Made by a program: the position numbers and the translations under genes. Below, in pieces: positions 59,688 through 64,000 of a DNA stretch of 64,000 nucleotides. The stretch is from positions 960,001-1,024,000 of the forward strand of contig OZ219920.1 of the NCBI GenBank assembly GCA_964291415.2, read 5' to 3'. The stretch's first letter is position 1. Each line of letters begins with the position of its first letter. Source of the stretch: Alphaproteobacteria bacterium. Its GTDB lineage: Bacteria > Pseudomonadota > Alphaproteobacteria > SP197. Under the pieces are notes generated by a model. That model saw only the letters and a program-made list of their open reading frames with translations, did no database searches and had not been told where the DNA came from.

Positions 59688-60221
59688 CTATTCCACCGTT
59701 TCCTCGTCCTTGAGCAGGGCGGCGGTTTCCGCCATGGCCTTCTTGCGGGCACTGCAGGCACAACCGCCCTTTTCAGCCCAGACGACTGGATCGATGAAGG
59801 GGCCGGCCCATATGCCCCGCTCTTGCGTGGCGGCCACGAGCTCGCGTTCGGCGTAGTCATCGCCCAGGGTCTCGTCGCGTACCGCCAGACCGGCATCGAT
59901 CATCTGACCGGCGAGATCGACACCATCAACGGCGCAGCGAGCGAGAGGGGTTGACGAACCGCTGTCGGCGGCCTCGACGCAGACGACTTCACCGCCACCG
60001 ACCAGTTCCTCGAGATGGAGAGCCGCTTCCCAGCCGCATGACCAGACATTGCCGATCTCGCCGCAGGTCTGCGTAATGGTCGGCGCATGCACACCGAAGA
60101 GATCGACCTTCTTTTCGCCAAAACTCATGGTGTCGCCGTCCAGGACCATGGGATTGCCCACGAGATCGGCATGGGCAGCCAGGGGAACGGACAGCGCCAG
60201 GATGGCCAGGAGATGTTTCAC
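59688..60221 (-). CDS. Secreted thermonuclease-fold protein with a degenerate active site
   Basis: Signal peptide, VLDGDT, WSCG and GIWAG.F..P..W; KKVDLFGVHAPT in place of R.RL.GIDAPE. Confidence 0.75.
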   Translation of the reverse strand: MKHLLAILALSVPLAAHADLVGNPMVLDGDTMSFGEKKVDLFGVHAPTITQTCGEIGNVWSCGWEAALHLEELVGGGEVVCVEAADSGSSTPLARCAVDGVDLAGQMIDAGLAVRDETLGDDYAERELVAATQERGIWAGPFIDPVVWAEKGGCACSARKKAMAETAALLKDEETVE

Positions 60222-60285
60222 GTCATCGATCCTTCATGCAGTCCGATGCGCATTATGGGGGGGACGGCCTGCAGGCTTCAAGGGT

Positions 60286-61077
60286 TCAGCGATGGGACAG
60301 CACCGCAACAATCTCCTGGCTGAGGTCGAGAAATGTGATGTCCCGTCCACAGGTGGCCGCCAGGGACTGCGCCTGGGCGCGATAGGTCTGTGGCATGTTC
60401 TTCCTGGCGCCCCCGAGTGATCGCACCGGATAGCTCACGACAACTTTGGGAATGTCCTCGAGGCGGTGCATGAGATCGACAGCGGCTCCGGGTTTCTGGC
60501 GTTCGAGACAGGGCAGGGTCTTGAGCACCAGGGCGACATCCGCATCGCCCGGCAGGACTCCGCCGAGAAGATCCTGCCAGAGACATCCACCCGGCCGTTG
60601 CGTGATGGCCAGGAAACGCCTGACGGCGTCGACCATGCGCCGGTCGATCTCGACCGCCGTATAGGACACCGCAGGGTCAAGACCTGAAAACGGCAGGGAG
60701 AAAGCGTTGAGTCCGGCGGCCAGATCAAGAATGTGCCGAGGAGTTCCACAGTGATTCCAGATTGTTGCATGGAATGTCTCGACGAATGAGAGACGTTCGG
60801 CGGTGGAATGGTGAAGTCTCAGGATGCGTCGGCATACGGCGCGGGTTTCATCGCCGGTCTCGAGCGCATCAAGGTGACGTTTGAGGGAATCGAGCTTCAC
60901 GGCATAGGCGCCGAACACCTGATGGAGCTTGCGCTTGGCTGCCTTGAGAGCCGGTCCCGGCTTTGCATGGCGGGCCACGGCCCAGTCGGCGGTCCGCGCC
61001 AGAAGGTCGGCGCTGAGGTGCCGGTACCTCGACGAGGAGGCGAGGCCCTCGATGACGTTCTGCCGGAGGTCGCTCAC
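60286..61077 (-). CDS. 16S rRNA (guanine(1405)-N7)-methyltransferase, ArmA/Rmt/Sgm (FmrO) family
   Basis: SRYR, KRKLHQVFGAY, HHSTAERL, ILDLAAGLN, EID, DVALVLKTLPCLE and VVSYPVRSLGG..KNM..TY match the family motif order. GTG start overlaps the ligase stop (GTGA). Confidence 0.85.
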   Translation of the reverse strand: MSDLRQNVIEGLASSSRYRHLSADLLARTADWAVARHAKPGPALKAAKRKLHQVFGAYAVKLDSLKRHLDALETGDETRAVCRRILRLHHSTAERLSFVETFHATIWNHCGTPRHILDLAAGLNAFSLPFSGLDPAVSYTAVEIDRRMVDAVRRFLAITQRPGGCLWQDLLGGVLPGDADVALVLKTLPCLERQKPGAAVDLMHRLEDIPKVVVSYPVRSLGGARKNMPQTYRAQAQSLAATCGRDITFLDLSQEIVAVLSHR

Positions 61078-62873
61078 GCCTCGGCGTTCCGCCACGTGAC
61101 TCCGGCACATGCCATCCCGTCTTCCTCTTCGAGGATCGGTCCGAGTTCGAGCGACGTGGCGTGGCCTGCAAGATCCGGAGCGATGACTGAAAACCGGGAC
61201 AAGAGTCGCGCGAGATCCAGGCGAAAGGCGCACGTGCCTGGAAACCATGTGCCGTAGACCCGATCGATGAGTGTGCCGGCGGTCCCGGCGTCACATCCTG
61301 GCAGAGCCCATGCCTCCTGATCCGATCCGCCCTGGCGCACGCCCACCAGAGGACCGAAAGTGGGATCGATCATCATGAGAAGTGTCGGCATCACGCTTGC
61401 ACGGCTCTCTCCTGTCGATCGTGCAAGACCGAGCGCGGCAGGCAATCCGTCGTCCAGGGCCGGAGTGGGGGAGAAGGCCACCGGCGGCGGTGGCAGCTTG
61501 CGGTTCCGCCAGGAAAGCGCGTGCCTGATGGCAAGGAGGGACTCTCTTGTGCCGCAGAGGACGACAATGCCGTGGCGGCTCATCTCCTGGCCAGCCGTCA
61601 TCAGACCCGACATCGGTGTGTTGAGGATGGCCGAGACAGGCTTGCCGGTCCGGCCGGACGCCGCAACAAGCGCCTTCGCATAGCCGCGCTCGACAGTCGG
61701 ATTCCACTGAAAATCGCCACAAAAGGTGACCATGGAGACACCGGGGTCATGCGCCATGGCAACAAAGTAGGCCTCGAAGTCATCCTCGTAGTTGTGGGCG
61801 GTGCCCCAGGCATCAAGGGGATTGACGGGCTCCAGGGCGTGGTGGAGGTGAGGGCGGATGCGCGCCTCCGTCTCTCCGGTGATCACGGCCAGGGGAACGC
61901 CGGTATCGTCCGCAAGATCGGTGAACATCTCCCTTTCGCCCCCCGAATCGAGAACGACACCGAGTCCGCCCGGAGCGAGCTGGCGTTCGTGGGAGAGCAG
62001 GGCGAGAAGATTCGCCATTTCATCCATGCTGCCGACGCGCATGACGCCGTAGTGATCAAAGACGGCCTGGTAGGCATTGTCGTTGCCGGTATCGGCATCG
62101 GAATGGACGCGCGCGAATTCGGCGGCGAGCCGGGTCCGGCCGACCTTCATGACCACCACCGGGATGTCTTGCCTGCGCGCTTTCTCCAGGACCGCCGTGA
62201 AGGCCCCGGGATCCCGCGCTTCCTCCATGAAGAGCGCAATGACTGCTGTCGAGTCCATGTCCAGCGCATAGTCCATGTAGTCGGCCATGGTGCCGTTGAT
62301 CTCCTGGCCGCACGAGACGATCAGATTGCACGCATAGCGAAAGTCGTTGTTGCCGATTTCGCTGAACACGGTTCCCGAATGGGTGATGAAGGCGACATTG
62401 CCGCCGTCACGCAGCTTGGATGAGGCGTCGAAGATGGTGACCGGCAGGCGCCGCGCGAGATTGATGAACCCCATGCCGTTGCCGCCACAGACCGGAAGAC
62501 AGGCTGCTCTTGCCTTTGTCTTCAGGCGGTTGAGGAGACCTCTGTCGCTCTCGCCGTCGAGATAGCAGGTATCGAAGATGACGGCCCCGCCGGCGTCAAT
62601 GGCAATGGCGTCGTCGAGTTGTTCTTCAAGGCGGGTGCTGTTGACGCCGAGCATGGCAAGGTCGACCGGTTGCGAAAGATCCCTCAGAGTCTCGTGGCAG
62701 GGGAGACCGGAGATGCTCCGGTAGCGCGGATTGACCGGGAAGATGGCGCCATCGAAACCGGCGTTGATGAGACCGTGTATCATGCCGTGACCGGCACTGC
62801 CTTCCCGTTGCGAGGCGCCGACGACGGCAATGGAACGGGGATTGAGCATGCGGTCGAGACGATGGCCCGTCAT
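61074..62873 (-). CDS. Acetate--CoA ligase (ADP-forming) family protein with a shortened ATP-grasp region
   Basis: PRSIAVVGAS, FPVNPRY, GGNGMG, HSG, KVGRT and NPLD motifs; C-terminal DPTFGP remnant. Confidence 0.8.
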   Translation of the reverse strand: MTGHRLDRMLNPRSIAVVGASQREGSAGHGMIHGLINAGFDGAIFPVNPRYRSISGLPCHETLRDLSQPVDLAMLGVNSTRLEEQLDDAIAIDAGGAVIFDTCYLDGESDRGLLNRLKTKARAACLPVCGGNGMGFINLARRLPVTIFDASSKLRDGGNVAFITHSGTVFSEIGNNDFRYACNLIVSCGQEINGTMADYMDYALDMDSTAVIALFMEEARDPGAFTAVLEKARRQDIPVVVMKVGRTRLAAEFARVHSDADTGNDNAYQAVFDHYGVMRVGSMDEMANLLALLSHERQLAPGGLGVVLDSGGEREMFTDLADDTGVPLAVITGETEARIRPHLHHALEPVNPLDAWGTAHNYEDDFEAYFVAMAHDPGVSMVTFCGDFQWNPTVERGYAKALVAASGRTGKPVSAILNTPMSGLMTAGQEMSRHGIVVLCGTRESLLAIRHALSWRNRKLPPPPVAFSPTPALDDGLPAALGLARSTGESRASVMPTLLMMIDPTFGPLVGVRQGGSDQEAWALPGCDAGTAGTLIDRVYGTWFPGTCAFRLDLARLLSRFSVIAPDLAGHATSLELGPILEEEDGMACAGVTWRNAEA

Positions 62874-62968
62874 GTGTCGGTCACTCCCAGAACTCGGGAA
62901 GGTCTTGCGCCACCACGGCGCCCGGCCGCAGTGTAGCGGTGGTCGTTCCGTCCGGTAAGGAGGTCTGC

Positions 62969-64000
62969 ATGGTCTACCCGATGTCCGCGAAGGCCCGTCA
63001 GTGGCAACGGGCCATGCGCTCGCTTGTCGAGGGCGAGCTCATGCCGCGGGAGGTCGAGGCCGAGATGAACGAAGGCTTCATCGCCGATGAGGCCCATGAT
63101 GCCATCTTCCGGACAACAGAGGAGATGGGCCTCCTCTATCCTTCCCTTCCGGACGAGAGTGGCGGCCGGCACCTGCCGTATTTCGAGATTGCCGTCATCC
63201 AGGAAGCGCTGGGCAGGGCGACCAACGGCCTGTGGGGCTGCTATCACGACCTGTCGCCATTTCTCTGGCACACGGCGAACCCCTGGCAGATGGAGACGTT
63301 CATCCGGCCGCTGATCGAAGGACGCAGACGGGTCGCCTATGCCATTACCGAACCCGGGACCGGCAGTGATGTTGACGCCATCGAGGCAACGGCACGGCGC
63401 GACGGCAACGGCTGGCTTCTCAACGGCACCAAGATGCATGTCACCGGAGCCAATCTCTCCGACTGGATCATCTTCCAGGCAAAGCTCGAGGATGGCCGCC
63501 ACGCTCTCTTCTGGGTGGAGAAGGAAGCGCCCGGTGTCACCGTCCTGCGCACGCCGCACTACATGCATCACTACCGTGGTCATCACCTGGAGATGGAGTT
63601 CCGCGACGTCCATGTGCCCGCGGACAATCTCATCGACGAAAAGGGTGGAGGTCTTCAGTGGACTTACGCCTGGTTTCGCCAGGAACGCATGAAGATTGCG
63701 GCGCGCTGCTGCGGCGCCGCCAGCCGTCTCATCGACGAAGCACTGGACTTTGCCAGGAACCGCGTTCAGTTCGGCCGGCCGATCTGGGAAAACCAGGCTG
63801 TCCAGTTTCCCCTTGCCGACAGTCTGACCGAATTGTGGGCCGGGAGACTCATGACTTATGACGTGGCTCAGGCGATGGATCGGGAAGACGACGTCAAGGT
63901 TCTCCACGGCAAGTGCGCCATGGCCAAGCTCTTCTGTTCGGAGTTCGCCCACCGGACAGCCGACCGGGCCGTGCAGATCTTCGGTGGGCGCGGATACATG
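62969..64000 (+). CDS. Acyl-CoA dehydrogenase (3' end off the window)
   Basis: AAGGAGG RBS; MVYPMSAK...; AITEPGTGSD, LNGTK, RVQFGRPI and AVQIFGGRGYM. Not in the ORF track because there is no stop within the window. Confidence 0.9.
   Translation, partial: MVYPMSAKARQWQRAMRSLVEGELMPREVEAEMNEGFIADEAHDAIFRTTEEMGLLYPSLPDESGGRHLPYFEIAVIQEALGRATNGLWGCYHDLSPFLWHTANPWQMETFIRPLIEGRRRVAYAITEPGTGSDVDAIEATARRDGNGWLLNGTKMHVTGANLSDWIIFQAKLEDGRHALFWVEKEAPGVTVLRTPHYMHHYRGHHLEMEFRDVHVPADNLIDEKGGGLQWTYAWFRQERMKIAARCCGAASRLIDEALDFARNRVQFGRPIWENQAVQFPLADSLTELWAGRLMTYDVAQAMDREDDVKVLHGKCAMAKLFCSEFAHRTADRAVQIFGGRGYM

Overview
High-GC bacterial chromosome segment. Gene content and order (sfsA-map, cinA-like gene, puuD/puuE, TRAP system, AceE-like 'transketolase', PepB-like peptidase) suggest an alphaproteobacterium; this is an inference. 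From left to right: (1) a purine uptake and degradation cluster (ABC transporter, xdhAB, puuD, uraD, puuE, uraH; 1-10380); (2) a GC-richer accessory island (~10400-18100) carrying a ~6 kb SwmB-repeat/Ig autotransporter adhesin gene broken by several frameshifts, with a 20-copy 7-bp tandem repeat in its 5' coding end that looks like a phase-variation switch currently OFF, plus a deleted lipoprotein gene and a decayed serine recombinase; (3) a MetE-type catalytic-domain protein, a TRAP system, and an NCS2 permease fused to a degenerate RsbW-like HATPase domain; (4) a long minus-strand catabolic/housekeeping run; (5) an apparent insertion between sfsA and the cinA-like gene holding a decayed vapBC module, an epimerase and an orphan three-gene MotA/ExbB-type ion-motor module (ExbB-like, ExbD-like TM with a YfaP-like domain, small membrane protein) with no TonB, TolA or MotB partner; (6) peptidase, serine hydrolase, a TonB-dependent receptor apparently lacking a TonB box, a TauD/GBBH dioxygenase, tRNA-Leu(TAA) and further metabolic genes; (7) near the right end, an ArmA/Rmt-family 16S rRNA m7G1405 methyltransferase translationally coupled to a CoA ligase. 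Best candidates for undescribed biology: the orphan MotA/ExbB triad, the repeat-switched adhesin, the NCS2-pseudo-HATPase fusion and the chromosomal Rmt homolog. All calls come from reading motifs by eye; no database search was run. A few single-base frameshifts may be sequencing errors.
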